The notes beneath the pieces are model-generated. The model worked only from the letters and a program-made list of their open reading frames with translations, was not told the origin of the DNA and ran no database searches. A stretch of DNA of 64,000 nucleotides from Nanobdellati archaeon. GTDB lineage: Archaea > EX4484-52 > GLR71. Below, one piece after another: positions 52,727-63,001 of the stretch; position 1 is the stretch's first letter; the number at the start of each line of letters is the position of its first letter. A program made the translations under genes and the position numbers. The stretch lies in NCBI GenBank assembly GCA_019429005.1, contig JAHYJR010000001.1, forward strand, positions 72,663-136,662, in the 5' to 3' direction.

Positions 52727-53248
52727 TTACGGTTTTTTAATTTTTTTAGTTGATATCATAAGGAATGATGGTATAAAATAAAACCACAATAAGAGATTCA
52801 TATCCACATTTAAATTGATAAATAAAATGTATATAAGTGGTATGCTTATACTATATGAAACGGGTAAGCCCTCATAATAATTGTTAGTTGTTCCTGTAAT
52901 TGCAAATCTTGCAAGTCGTAACATACCGGTCATAATAAAAATAACAAAAACACCTATTGCTAAATAATTATTAAGGCCTGCAGAAAAACCAAAAATGACT
53001 ATACTTATAAGGTAAAGCACAACATCACATAAATTATCAAATTCAACACCAAAACGACCTTCACGATTACGTTTTCTTGCAACACGACCATCTGCAAAAT
53101 CAAAAATTGTTGAAACTAATATAAATATTGTTGCTAAAATCAGTTTATTATTTAATGCTAAAAATATAGATAATATAGAAAATAAAAGCCCAAACATTGA
53201 ATAAATGTCTGGCAAGGCCATATAACTTCTAAGATCTTTATATATCAT
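52727..53248 (-). CDS. pssA: CDP-alcohol phosphatidyltransferase (archaetidylserine synthase-like)
   Basis: DFADGRVAR..GVEFDNLCD, LRLARF, YEGLP; overlaps psd. Confidence 0.85.
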   Translation of the reverse strand: MIYKDLRSYMALPDIYSMFGLLFSILSIFLALNNKLILATIFILVSTIFDFADGRVARKRNREGRFGVEFDNLCDVVLYLISIVIFGFSAGLNNYLAIGVFVIFIMTGMLRLARFAITGTTNNYYEGLPVSYSISIPLIYILFINLNVDMNLLLWFYFIPSFLMISTKKIKKP

Positions 53249-53883
53249 TTTAATCTACCAATTACACTAGAACCTGCATATACTCTATCTCCTATTTTAA
53301 CCATAAGTTCGACTTTATCTTTAGGCAAAATCAAACTTACTTGTGAACCTAATCTAATAAGTCCTAATCTTTGACCAATATTAATTTTTTTACCAACTAC
53401 AGCCCAATTTTCGATTCTATTTACTATAATACCAGCGATTTGTATTATTTTAAATTTACCTATTTTTTTATTTTCAATAAGTGTTTCTGTTTTTTCGTTT
53501 AATATTCCGTTTATGAAAGATCCACTATAATCAAAATTACCAGGCACATGTTTAACATTTAATACTTTACCCTCTAATGCAGATCTTTGTATATGCACTA
53601 CAAATGGCGACATAAAAATTGAAACAATATAGCATGATGTTCCAACGTCAGAGCATAATGTTTGTATTTTTCCAACTAGGCCTTTTTTAATATTTATTTT
53701 ATCTATTTTGTCAAGGTCTAGAATCTCAAGAACTTTACCATCTGCAGGGGCAACAATAACATTTCCTGTAGGTATATCCCTTTCAGGATCCCTTAAAAAC
53801 CATTTCATAAATATTGAGAAACCGACACCTAATATGACAATCAGTTCAATAATCAGTATAAGGATGTTTGTCAAATATGTCAA
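53245..53883 (-). CDS. psd: Phosphatidyl/archaetidylserine decarboxylase proenzyme
   Basis: RDPER, APADG, IFMSPFVVH, QIAG, RLGS cleavage motif. Confidence 0.9.
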   Translation of the reverse strand: MTYLTNILILIIELIVILGVGFSIFMKWFLRDPERDIPTGNVIVAPADGKVLEILDLDKIDKINIKKGLVGKIQTLCSDVGTSCYIVSIFMSPFVVHIQRSALEGKVLNVKHVPGNFDYSGSFINGILNEKTETLIENKKIGKFKIIQIAGIIVNRIENWAVVGKKINIGQRLGLIRLGSQVSLILPKDKVELMVKIGDRVYAGSSVIGRLK

Positions 53884-54228
53884 CTCCGCAATGTTATAAT
53901 TTTTTATATTTAGAATCTTTTTTTGTTTTTAAATTTGTATATGTTATTTATCATTTTATTTTTATTTAAATCTATACCTTTTTTTAATTATTAAATCGGA
54001 TATTAATATATACATTTCTTCTTTTATATGGTTTTAATAATTGTCTTTTAAGTATCATTTAATCTGATTTTTTATTAAGCTTATACTGATTTTACAATTC
54101 TGTTGGACTTATTATTTCTAGATCTTAACTAACGCCTTTAACAAAAACATTATAACTATTGGCAATTTTAAAGATTTCACGAACAAAGTATCATTCATAA
54201 ATATATATCTTCAAAACCAATTTATGTT

Positions 54229-54429
54229 ATGTCAGAAATACCAACCGCACCCATGGAACGACTTTTACGTAATGCGGGGGCAAAACGAGTTTCAAATGAT
54301 GCTGCAAAACATTTTGCACAGGTTCTTGAAGATATCTGTTTAGATATTGCCAAAGAAGCAGTTAAACTTTCAAAACATGCCGGAAGAAAAACAGTTAAAG
54401 CCAAAGACATAAAGCTTGCAAAACGTTAA
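54229..54429 (+). CDS. Archaeal histone (HMf family)
   Basis: [28 protein letters not shown]. Confidence 0.95.
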   Translation: MSEIPTAPMERLLRNAGAKRVSNDAAKHFAQVLEDICLDIAKEAVKLSKHAGRKTVKAKDIKLAKR

Positions 54430-54467
54430 TTGCAACATTTTTTATATTTAATTATAAAATAAATATC

Positions 54468-54668
54468 ATGTTTGTTTTTATTCTAAATGACAATAAGAAA
54501 ATAAAAGTTGAACTTAATGCGGATTCAACAATACTAAAAGCTCTTGAATCCTTAGGTATAAGTCCATCTACCGTAATCACAAAAATTGATAACACCATTG
54601 TTCCTCTTGAGACAATTTTATCTGGTGACGAAACAATAAAGGTATTTAGAATAATATCAGGCGGTTAA
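54468..54668 (+). CDS. Ubiquitin-like sulfur carrier/SAMP (ThiS/MoaD fold)
   Basis: 66 aa ending ISGG. Confidence 0.88.
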   Translation: MFVFILNDNKKIKVELNADSTILKALESLGISPSTVITKIDNTIVPLETILSGDETIKVFRIISGG

Positions 54669-54675
54669 TTTTTAT

Positions 54676-54852
54676 TTAAACGTGTTTTGAATTATTTATT
54701 TTTTTACGTTTTATGTTTAATATTCCAATGACTGTAAATGCCAAAATGATGAGATTTAACAGATTACTAAATCGACCGACTATGGTTATAAAAAAGAGAA
54801 TTACTATAATTATAATTCCAGCCATATAGAGATATAATTGATTTTGCTTCAT
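54676..54852 (-). CDS. Small two-TM membrane protein (58 aa)
   Basis: Manual ORF MKQNQLYLYMAGIIIIVILFFITIVGRFSNLLNLIILAFTVIGILNIKRKKINNSKHV. Confidence 0.5.
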   Translation of the reverse strand: MKQNQLYLYMAGIIIIVILFFITIVGRFSNLLNLIILAFTVIGILNIKRKKINNSKHV

Positions 54853-55053
54853 GTTATATAACCTAAATCAGTATAACCCAATTTTGTTTTATATATTTTT
54901 ATCTTTATCTAAAAAGTTTTTTAATCTGTTTTTAACATAATCAAAATATACATTTAATCCTTGAAATTATGTTATTACCCGTATTTTAAATTTATTTCAA
55001 TAGGTATTTATTAACTTTTCTGTATAATTAATACATAATTAAATATTTTTGGT

Positions 55054-55551
55054 GTGTTTATGTTAAAAGAAAGAGAAAAAAAAGTATTTTTTGAACTTCT
55101 TAAAGATGGCAGGGTACACGATAAAGCTATGTCAAAAAAATTAGGCATAACACAACCAACCATAACGCGTATAAGACAACGTCTAGAAAAAAAAGGTTAT
55201 ATAAAAGGATATTGTGCAGTACCTGCATTTGAAAAGATTGGTATCACTCTTATGGCTATAACTCTTTTTACATGGAAAGGTACTATTGAGAACTATATTA
55301 AAGCTTCTAAGCTTGTAAAATCAACACCACAAATCATATCTGTAAGCAGTGGCGAGGGTCTTAGGGGTAAAAATGGTATGATTATTTCAGCACACCTAGA
55401 TTTCAAATCATATGAATCTTTTATAAGAAGTCTTAAAGAAAAATGTGGAAATGACGTAATAAATATTGAACAGTTTTTCTTTTCCGTAGATAATCAGTTT
55501 GTAGGTTTCAATTTTGCAAGTTCAATTATAACTGCATTATCTAAAAGTTAA
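55054..55551 (+). CDS. Lrp/AsnC-family transcriptional regulator
   Basis: LLKDGR..LGITQPTITRIRQRLEKKGYIKGY. Confidence 0.88.
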   Translation: MFMLKEREKKVFFELLKDGRVHDKAMSKKLGITQPTITRIRQRLEKKGYIKGYCAVPAFEKIGITLMAITLFTWKGTIENYIKASKLVKSTPQIISVSSGEGLRGKNGMIISAHLDFKSYESFIRSLKEKCGNDVINIEQFFFSVDNQFVGFNFASSIITALSKS

Positions 55552-55556
55552 AAGAA

Positions 55557-56912
55557 TTAGTTTAAAGTCCTGTTTACTAGAATCTTTACAGCATCCATAA
55601 GTCTTGTTGGTGTAGTGTATACAGGTATATTTTCGTTTTTAATAGTTGTTGATAACCCTTTTGTATATTTACTTCCAGAGGCTCCAACAATTATAGGTTT
55701 TTTTGTTTTTTTACTTACTTCAGAAATAATATCAGTTATACTAAAATCTAATGTTGTTCCAAGTGTCCAAAGATATATTGCAACAATATCTACATTTTTA
55801 TCATTAGTAACAGCATCAATTGTTGTTTTAAATCGTCTTATGTCTGCATCACCAATCAAATCAACCGGATTATGGATTGTTGCATACTCAGGCATAACAT
55901 TTTTGATGCAATTTATCGTTGCTTTATCAAATTCTGCAATTTCAAGATCATTAGCTAATGCTGCATCTGTACACATAACTCCGAAACCACCACCATTTGT
56001 AACAATCCCAATACGTTTGCCTTTAGGTTTTTTGTTTTCAGAAAGTATATTCACATAATCAAACATATCTTCCATGTCTTTAGATTCAATTGCACCACCC
56101 TGTTTTAAGACGGATTTAAAGATTTCATAACTTCCCGCAAGGCTACCTGTGTGTGATGCTGCTGCTTTTGCACCCATATCACTTTTTCCTGCTTTAAGTA
56201 TAATTATAGGTTTATTTTTTGATATATTTTTGAGTGCATCCAGAAATTTTCTTCCATCTTTAACACCCTCAATATATGCAAGAATAATTTTGGTTTCTTT
56301 ATCCTTTGCAAAATAATTAATAATATCAGATTCATCAAGATCAATTCGGTTACCATAACTGATAAATTTACTAACTCCTAAGTTTTTATTTCCAGCAATA
56401 TCTATAAGTGTCGTTCCAACAGCACCACTTTGAGACAATATTGATATGAATCCATTTTTAGGTTTTTTCATTTTATATGCTGGTGTAAACAATGTATTTA
56501 CGCCATGAGCTGTATCCATCACACCAATACAGTTAGGGCCTATAATCCGCGTTTTTGAATTTTTAATTATTAGTTTCAGTTGATTTTCTAGTATGACACC
56601 ATTAGAATTAGTTTCCCTATAACCTGCAGTTATCATAACAACCGAAGGTATCTTTTTATCAACACAATCCTTTACTGCTTTGTTTGCGATTACTGCTGGA
56701 ACAACAATAATTGCAAGGTCAATTTTACCTTTTACATCCTTTACAGAGGCATATGCTTTAAGTCCCATAAGCATATCTTGTTTAGGGTTAATTGGATATA
56801 TTTTTCCTTTAAAACCATTTATGAAATTTGTAAGTATTGCATTACCTAACTTTTTTTTGTCTTCAGAAGCACCAATGATTGCAACACTTTCGGGCTTAAA
56901 AAAAGAATCCAT
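55557..56912 (-). CDS. acdA: Acetyl-CoA synthetase (ADP-forming) alpha subunit
   Basis: PESVAIIGAS, IGPNCIG, SQSGA, AASHTGSLAG, NPVDL. Confidence 0.93.
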   Translation of the reverse strand: MDSFFKPESVAIIGASEDKKKLGNAILTNFINGFKGKIYPINPKQDMLMGLKAYASVKDVKGKIDLAIIVVPAVIANKAVKDCVDKKIPSVVMITAGYRETNSNGVILENQLKLIIKNSKTRIIGPNCIGVMDTAHGVNTLFTPAYKMKKPKNGFISILSQSGAVGTTLIDIAGNKNLGVSKFISYGNRIDLDESDIINYFAKDKETKIILAYIEGVKDGRKFLDALKNISKNKPIIILKAGKSDMGAKAAASHTGSLAGSYEIFKSVLKQGGAIESKDMEDMFDYVNILSENKKPKGKRIGIVTNGGGFGVMCTDAALANDLEIAEFDKATINCIKNVMPEYATIHNPVDLIGDADIRRFKTTIDAVTNDKNVDIVAIYLWTLGTTLDFSITDIISEVSKKTKKPIIVGASGSKYTKGLSTTIKNENIPVYTTPTRLMDAVKILVNRTLN

Positions 56913-56954
56913 ATTATAAACACCATTAGAACAAATGTTTTATTTGTATATAGA

Positions 56955-57746
56955 TTATTGGTCATCATCTATATTTATATTTTGGTTTTCTGTATCTTCT
57001 TTTTCAACACATGCTGTAAGTTTACCTCTGTTCCAGTCAATTAATATTGCCTTTTCAGCACGTTTTAAGTCTAGTTCTCCTCCTTTAAGAACAAAACCTC
57101 TTCTTTTTGCAATAGATTTTATAATCTCATCATAATTCATAGTCTCGACATTATAGAGCTCTTTTAGATTGTTTACTTTTGTTTTCATAATAATATCTAA
57201 AAGCTCTCTGGAATATATACTAATATTTTTTGTTTTTTCTTGATTGATATTACCTTTTATTGCAGATATTTTACCAGAAGGTAATACACCCGGTGTATCC
57301 CATAGAAGTATATTTTCATTCATTTTAACCCATTGCCCATATTTTGTGTATCCTGGTGTCGGTGCAACTTTGGCAGATTTTTTACCCCTAAGCGCATTGA
57401 TTATACTACTTTTTCCGGTATTTGTGTATCCAATAACAGCAACTCGAACTTTTTCTCCTTTTGACACTTCTCTTAAAACATTTTTAAGTCTTACAACGCC
57501 ATGTCTATCTTTTGATGATATAAATATGCAAGGATACTCTTCTGATATGATTGCTTTTGTCTTTTCAGTAAATTCTTTTGGAACTAAATCTGCTTTATTA
57601 AGTACAACTACTAGATTATTACCTATGCTTTTGACTGCTCTTTCAAGTCTTTCGGATCTAGATTCATACGGAACTCTAGCATCAACAACTTCAATAACAA
57701 AATCGGTTTCTCTTACAATACCGAAAACATAATTCCAAAGTCCCAT
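56955..57746 (-). CDS. Circularly permuted ribosome-biogenesis GTPase (YlqF/RbgA family)
   Basis: DARVP, NKAD precedes GYTNTGKSS, PGYT, DTPG. Confidence 0.92.
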   Translation of the reverse strand: MGLWNYVFGIVRETDFVIEVVDARVPYESRSERLERAVKSIGNNLVVVLNKADLVPKEFTEKTKAIISEEYPCIFISSKDRHGVVRLKNVLREVSKGEKVRVAVIGYTNTGKSSIINALRGKKSAKVAPTPGYTKYGQWVKMNENILLWDTPGVLPSGKISAIKGNINQEKTKNISIYSRELLDIIMKTKVNNLKELYNVETMNYDEIIKSIAKRRGFVLKGGELDLKRAEKAILIDWNRGKLTACVEKEDTENQNINIDDDQ

Positions 57747-57782
57747 TATTCTATTTAGACTAATTCCTTTAAAAAAGGTATG

Positions 57783-57920
57783 TTTTAATATATTTTTTAA
57801 TATATTTTTTAATATATTTTTTAATATATTTTTTAATATATTTTTTAATATATTTTTTAATATATTTTTTAATATATTTTTTAATATATTTTTTAATATA
57901 TTTTTTAATATATTTTTTAA
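57783..57920. repeat. 12-bp perfect tandem repeat x11
   Basis: Unit AATATATTTTTT from 57787 to 57918. Confidence 0.95.
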
Positions 57921-58009
57921 ATCGGTTTATTTTTTTTAATCATACAATAAGGTTTTATTAAATCATCTACCTAATTAATTATACTTCTGATATTCATTTT
58001 CAGTAGTTT

Positions 58010-58957
58010 TTGTTATTTGGTGGTTTTATGATAATTTCTATTGGGAATCCCTCAATGGATAATGTGTCTCTTTTAGGTGATAGGAAACTTCAGGCAGGTG
58101 GTGCATCAATTTATTCTGCTCTTGCAGCATCTGTATTATCTAAAGTTGCAATTGTTGGGAAAATCGGACATGATTATCCACAAAATTTTTTAGTCTTATT
58201 AGAAAAGAAAGGTCTTGATATTTCACACCTTAAAACAATAAAGTGCCCATCAAAAAGTTTTGATATGATAATTGATGAAAATCTTGAAGCAACGTATCCC
58301 AAATATGAAGTAAGTATTGATTCCAAATTGAATTTTAAAGATATTCCAAAAAGTTATTTTAAAAGCCAAAATTCATTTATTATAACACAGATGTCTCCTC
58401 GCAAACAATTAAATTTTATTGAAAATATTAAGAAAAATTCACCCAAATCTCTTATTCTTGTAAATACCCATTATCCCTTTATTGAGAAATCTAAAGGTTA
58501 TTTTCCAAAGCTAATAGATTCTTGCGATATTTTTGTTATGAATGAACGTGAAGCGCAACTTTTAACAGGTGTACCACGTACAGATGTTGCAACACATATG
58601 CTTTCAAGACAATATAAAAACACACTTATTATTGTAACTTTAGGCGTGCTCGGTTCTTTTATTATAAAAAACACACAAATTCAGTTTGCACCATCAATCT
58701 ATAATGCAAATGTGAAAGATCCCACCGGGTCAGGTGATTCATTTTCAGGTGCATTTCTTGCAAGTTACACATCTGTCATGGACCCTGTGCGTTCAGCAAT
58801 TGTTGGCAATGCTATAGCATCACTTAATTCTGAGAAACGGGGGTTTGAGGCTCTTGTTAATCTAAAGTTTAAAAATATAAATTCCCTTTGGGATTTTATG
58901 CTTTTAAGATCAAAGAATATGAATAATACTCAAAAAGTTATTTTTGATTTTGTTTAA
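58010..58957 (+). CDS. PfkB-family carbohydrate/nucleoside kinase
   Basis: AGGAS, NERE, VTLG..GS, DPTGSGDSF; likely start 58028. Confidence 0.9.
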   Translation: MLFGGFMIISIGNPSMDNVSLLGDRKLQAGGASIYSALAASVLSKVAIVGKIGHDYPQNFLVLLEKKGLDISHLKTIKCPSKSFDMIIDENLEATYPKYEVSIDSKLNFKDIPKSYFKSQNSFIITQMSPRKQLNFIENIKKNSPKSLILVNTHYPFIEKSKGYFPKLIDSCDIFVMNEREAQLLTGVPRTDVATHMLSRQYKNTLIIVTLGVLGSFIIKNTQIQFAPSIYNANVKDPTGSGDSFSGAFLASYTSVMDPVRSAIVGNAIASLNSEKRGFEALVNLKFKNINSLWDFMLLRSKNMNNTQKVIFDFV

Positions 58958-58969
58958 GTTTTTTTGTTT

Positions 58970-59428
58970 TCAAATCAAAATAATTATTGATAATATTGTA
59001 ATATTCATCAATATTTCTGTAGTGCTTAAGGGATATACGAAATGTGCAAATTTGATATATTTTTTATGTATGTATCTAATTTTTTCATGATCTAGTAATA
59101 GATGCGACATGGTTGCTGCAAGTATAAGTGGTGCATAGTGTGGGGCTATGAAATATGTTATGCCTGATATAACAAAAAAGAATACAATACCATTCCATTC
59201 ATGTATCCAGCTCCTCTCTTCCTCAATTCCACTAATAGCATTATGGAATGTTTTCAAGAAATCTAGATTTTTGTATCTTTGGTAATATACAACTACATGA
59301 TCTAAATCAACACAAGCCGCAATAATCCCACCTAGTATAAGGTCATATATTGTTGGCACAAATCCGAAATAGCTTATTATCTTTATAGCAAGAATTCCTG
59401 CAAGAAAATGTGTTGTTGGCATTGGCAT
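58970..59428 (-). CDS. Membrane metal-dependent hydrolase (YdjM-like)
   Basis: TTH, DLDH, RSWIH, SHLLLDH. Confidence 0.75.
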   Translation of the reverse strand: MPMPTTHFLAGILAIKIISYFGFVPTIYDLILGGIIAACVDLDHVVVYYQRYKNLDFLKTFHNAISGIEEERSWIHEWNGIVFFFVISGITYFIAPHYAPLILAATMSHLLLDHEKIRYIHKKYIKFAHFVYPLSTTEILMNITILSIIILI

Positions 59429-59478
59429 AAGAAAGATTTGTGGTGTGATAGTATTTATTCTTTATGATTGTAGTTAAC

Positions 59479-60918
59479 TCACACCTTTAAAAACTCAATT
59501 ATTTTTCCATATGCTGGCCTAGTTATCATTACACCTATTAACACACCAAGTATTGTTGTTACAGCAAAACCCTTCACAACACCAGCACCTACAAACATCA
59601 ACGGTACCATTGCAGCAATAGTTGTTGCAGCTGCTGTAAATATAATGAAAAATGCATTCTTAAGTCTTGTATTTAAACTTTCCATATGTCGCTGTTTTTT
59701 GTTTCCTTCATCTGTTATAACTATTTGTGCGTCTATACCAGTACCAACAGCAGCAATAATACCTGCAATAGCTGCAAGGTCTATTGTCCAATGGATCCAT
59801 GCTGCAAAACCAAGTATAATTATAACTTCACTAATTGAAGTGAAAAATATTGGTATTGCAATTCTAAAATCATGATATCTAACAAATATCAAAACACTTA
59901 CTGCAATAATTGCAAATATTATAGATAATATTGCAGTTTTAAGAAATTCAGCACCCAATGTTGGTGATATGGTATCTATCTTTTCAATACTTATTTTTGT
60001 AGGTAATGCACCCGATTCTAATATTGATTGAAGCATTTTCATTCGGTTTACTGCATCTTCTCTGTTATCTCCAGGACCACTTATAGTGATTGTACTTTGT
60101 ATGCTACCACGCAAACTTTCTGAAATTTTTAGAGAATCTGTTATAATTCCATCTAAATAAAGATCAATACCTGATGTAAGATAATTAGTTCCAATATCTA
60201 GGGGTAATTCTTTTGTAATTGCTGCAAATTTTTCTGCGGCTTCTTTTGAAAGCATTATATCAAATATAAATTTATATGAATCTGCTACAGGTTCAACTCT
60301 TGAATGTTGTGCATCTTTGAATACTTTTGTGATGTCATCTCCTGTATATACAAGTCCTGAAAGCGTGATTGTATTATCTGTATTGTTCAAGTACTTAAAT
60401 TCTATATTGTTTAAGATAATTGTATCATTAATATCGAGTTCAGTACCATCTATAATAATAATTGTACTATCATTTTTAGCTGTAATAGTATAATCTGTCG
60501 CAAAATCAAGAACACCTTCATTATCTTTTAATTTAACAAATCTATTTATTTTTGCTTCAAACATTCCTTGTTGTTCAAGTATAGATCTAATTTCAGCTTC
60601 AGTACGTCCTGCCATTTCAACTTGTATGTATTTATTTGATACTGGTATGATTTTTGTTTCTGTAAGACCTATTGCATTTACTCTAACATTTAATTTTGAT
60701 ATAATTTCGTCAAGGATTGCAGGATCATTATTTTCAGGCAAAAGAAGTGCTCTTACACCGCCTTCAAGATCTAAACCTTTATCAATATTTGTTGCAATTG
60801 TGATTTTACCATCCGTTCCTACAATATAATGTGGTCCTATAAAGAATATTGAAATTAGGAGGCTACCTATAAGTAAAAGCATTTTCCAGTTTTTGAAAAG
60901 ATCTGTTATAGTTTTCAT
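59479..60918 (-). CDS. secD: Protein translocase subunit SecD
   Basis: GLDLEGG, SGALP, ISPTLG, GTGIDAQIVITDE, KGFAVTT. Confidence 0.93.
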   Translation of the reverse strand: MKTITDLFKNWKMLLLIGSLLISIFFIGPHYIVGTDGKITIATNIDKGLDLEGGVRALLLPENNDPAILDEIISKLNVRVNAIGLTETKIIPVSNKYIQVEMAGRTEAEIRSILEQQGMFEAKINRFVKLKDNEGVLDFATDYTITAKNDSTIIIIDGTELDINDTIILNNIEFKYLNNTDNTITLSGLVYTGDDITKVFKDAQHSRVEPVADSYKFIFDIMLSKEAAEKFAAITKELPLDIGTNYLTSGIDLYLDGIITDSLKISESLRGSIQSTITISGPGDNREDAVNRMKMLQSILESGALPTKISIEKIDTISPTLGAEFLKTAILSIIFAIIAVSVLIFVRYHDFRIAIPIFFTSISEVIIILGFAAWIHWTIDLAAIAGIIAAVGTGIDAQIVITDEGNKKQRHMESLNTRLKNAFFIIFTAAATTIAAMVPLMFVGAGVVKGFAVTTILGVLIGVMITRPAYGKIIEFLKV

Positions 60919-61886
60919 CTGTTTTTACCTTTTTTTTTCCGTAGAGTTTTACGTTTATTTTTTGTTTGTTGTTTTATGTTTTTTTTAATTGGTTGAATTT
61001 CTTTTATTTTTTCGCCAACATCATCTTTTTTATTATCTTTTTCTATATACCACCTAAGTATTCCAACATTTCCAAACCATGTTGAGATATAATCTGCAAG
61101 AAGTCCAAATATAATTACAATTGAAATCTCATCTAAAATCTGTGATGTTGAGAATATATAAAGCACAACGAATGCAACAATTGCAGCTGTTGTCATAGTA
61201 ATTCCAGTTTTCATTGATGCATTAATTCTTTCATCTAGCGTACCCTCATCAGTTCTTTTGATAAGTCGTGTTGTAAGAAGTACGTCTGTGTCAACAGAAT
61301 AACCTAAAAGCATAAGGAGTGCTGCAAGTGATGCCATACTAAGTTCAATTCCAAAAATATTCATCATAGCAATTGCAAATATTATATCAACAATAGCAGC
61401 TTGTATAATAGCAAAAGATGGTACAATTGTTTTGAATGTTAAGAATATTACAAGAGCCATCAATAATAATGCAATTATAACTGCACTAATTGCTTCTTTG
61501 AAAAATTGTGAACCAAGTGCTGCACCAACAAATTGTATACTTATCATTTCATTAGTTACATTTAATCCAGAAGTGCTAAGAAGCTCTTTTATTTTTTGCA
61601 TCTCAATATTTTTTTCAGTTTCAATAATTATAGATTGTCCTATACCGCTTGATGTTCGTACAACAACCTTATTATCAATTTCTTTAAAATTATCAGATAT
61701 TTGTTTGATTATATTTTGATCGACAGTATCAATCTCTATATTGATATGACTTCCACCTTTAAAATCAATACCCATATCAACAATAGTGCCTGTACTTGCA
61801 TAATTTATCGCAATTACACCTAAAGAGAAAATTAATAGTATTATTGCGGGAATAAGAAGAATTTTATAATTTGTTGATAATTTCAT
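60915..61886 (-). CDS. secF: Protein translocase subunit SecF
   Basis: GIDFKGG, GYSVDTDVLLTTR; overlaps secD start. Confidence 0.93.
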   Translation of the reverse strand: MKLSTNYKILLIPAIILLIFSLGVIAINYASTGTIVDMGIDFKGGSHINIEIDTVDQNIIKQISDNFKEIDNKVVVRTSSGIGQSIIIETEKNIEMQKIKELLSTSGLNVTNEMISIQFVGAALGSQFFKEAISAVIIALLLMALVIFLTFKTIVPSFAIIQAAIVDIIFAIAMMNIFGIELSMASLAALLMLLGYSVDTDVLLTTRLIKRTDEGTLDERINASMKTGITMTTAAIVAFVVLYIFSTSQILDEISIVIIFGLLADYISTWFGNVGILRWYIEKDNKKDDVGEKIKEIQPIKKNIKQQTKNKRKTLRKKKGKNR

Positions 61887-61967
61887 TTAAAGTTTCACCA
61901 GATATAAACAGGTTATTACATGTATAATTTTTTTTAATGCGTCTTTTTAAATAATTTGTTATTTTTT

Positions 61968-62897
61968 TTAAAACATAGGGTTCCATTCTGTATTTTTTTT
62001 AGGTTTATTTTCGTCTTTAACACCGTCAAGTATTTTGTTGAATATATTAATTGTTTCAGAGTTATCATTTTGTTTTGTATTTGGTATATTTTGACTTATT
62101 GGTTTTTGCATAACGTTTTGCATATTTGGTAGTGTTTGTGCTTCAAAGGGATTTCTATCTTGTGTAATGAACGGGTTTGTTGATGGTATATTATTTGTTG
62201 TCATTTGTGGTTGGATTGGTGTTCTTTGTGGTTCTTGTTGTGTAAACGGCGATATATTTTCTGCAAAAGGCGATATGTTTTGTGTAGGTGTAATTGGTAT
62301 TTGTGTTGTTGTATTACTGAAAAAACTATTCACTGCATTATTTTCAGAATTAAATGGATCTTTTTGCTCTATTTTATTTTTTTCAGCTTCTTTATCAAAT
62401 CGCGTTATAAATTCAACAGCACGCTCTTTCATTTTTGCAATTTTACTCAAATCTGCTGTAGATTGTTTGTGTGTATTATAATGTGGTGCAAATGTTTCTG
62501 GGTGTGGAAGCTGTAACTCAACAACATCAGTTTCTCTTTGTTGCCTATATTGTCTTGTGGGGATTTGTCTTTTATCCTCTTGTGTCTTTTCACCGAAAAG
62601 ATGCCCAAAACCATTATATTCTGGCATATTAACATTACTTGATTGAGGTCTTCTGTTACGTCTTTGTTCATATTCTTGTTGTTGCATTAGACGATCTTCA
62701 GGCGTTAAAATATCCATGTATTTATCCTGTTTTCTACGTTTTAATATACCTTTAAAGGTGTTTGATACTTTTGAAAATACGTTTTGTTTTATTTTTGGAA
62801 TATTTTCTGTTTCTTTCTGATGTTTAGTTATTGGTTTTTCTATCATCTTATAAATCAAAACAGTTGATATTATAAATATGAGAATCTGTATATACAT
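61968..62897 (-). CDS. Membrane-anchored, Q/N/P-rich low-complexity protein
   Basis: N-terminal TM helix; polar body with repeated NPF/SPF motifs. Confidence 0.75.
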   Translation of the reverse strand: MYIQILIFIISTVLIYKMIEKPITKHQKETENIPKIKQNVFSKVSNTFKGILKRRKQDKYMDILTPEDRLMQQQEYEQRRNRRPQSSNVNMPEYNGFGHLFGEKTQEDKRQIPTRQYRQQRETDVVELQLPHPETFAPHYNTHKQSTADLSKIAKMKERAVEFITRFDKEAEKNKIEQKDPFNSENNAVNSFFSNTTTQIPITPTQNISPFAENISPFTQQEPQRTPIQPQMTTNNIPSTNPFITQDRNPFEAQTLPNMQNVMQKPISQNIPNTKQNDNSETINIFNKILDGVKDENKPKKNTEWNPMF

Positions 62898-63001
62898 AAC
62901 TTATTATTAGTATTTTTTATTTTTAAGTTTATGTTTTGGTATTTGTAAATATAAGAGAATATGCTTAAGTTTTTAAGTTCATTTTATTATAATAGTATTA
63001 T

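Noticed and set aside
52064-56912. Separated acdA and acdB as a novelty
   Set aside because: Unlinked alpha and beta subunit genes are common in archaea.
36841-57920. Intergenic tandem arrays as CRISPR
   Set aside because: Units are head-to-tail with no unique spacers.
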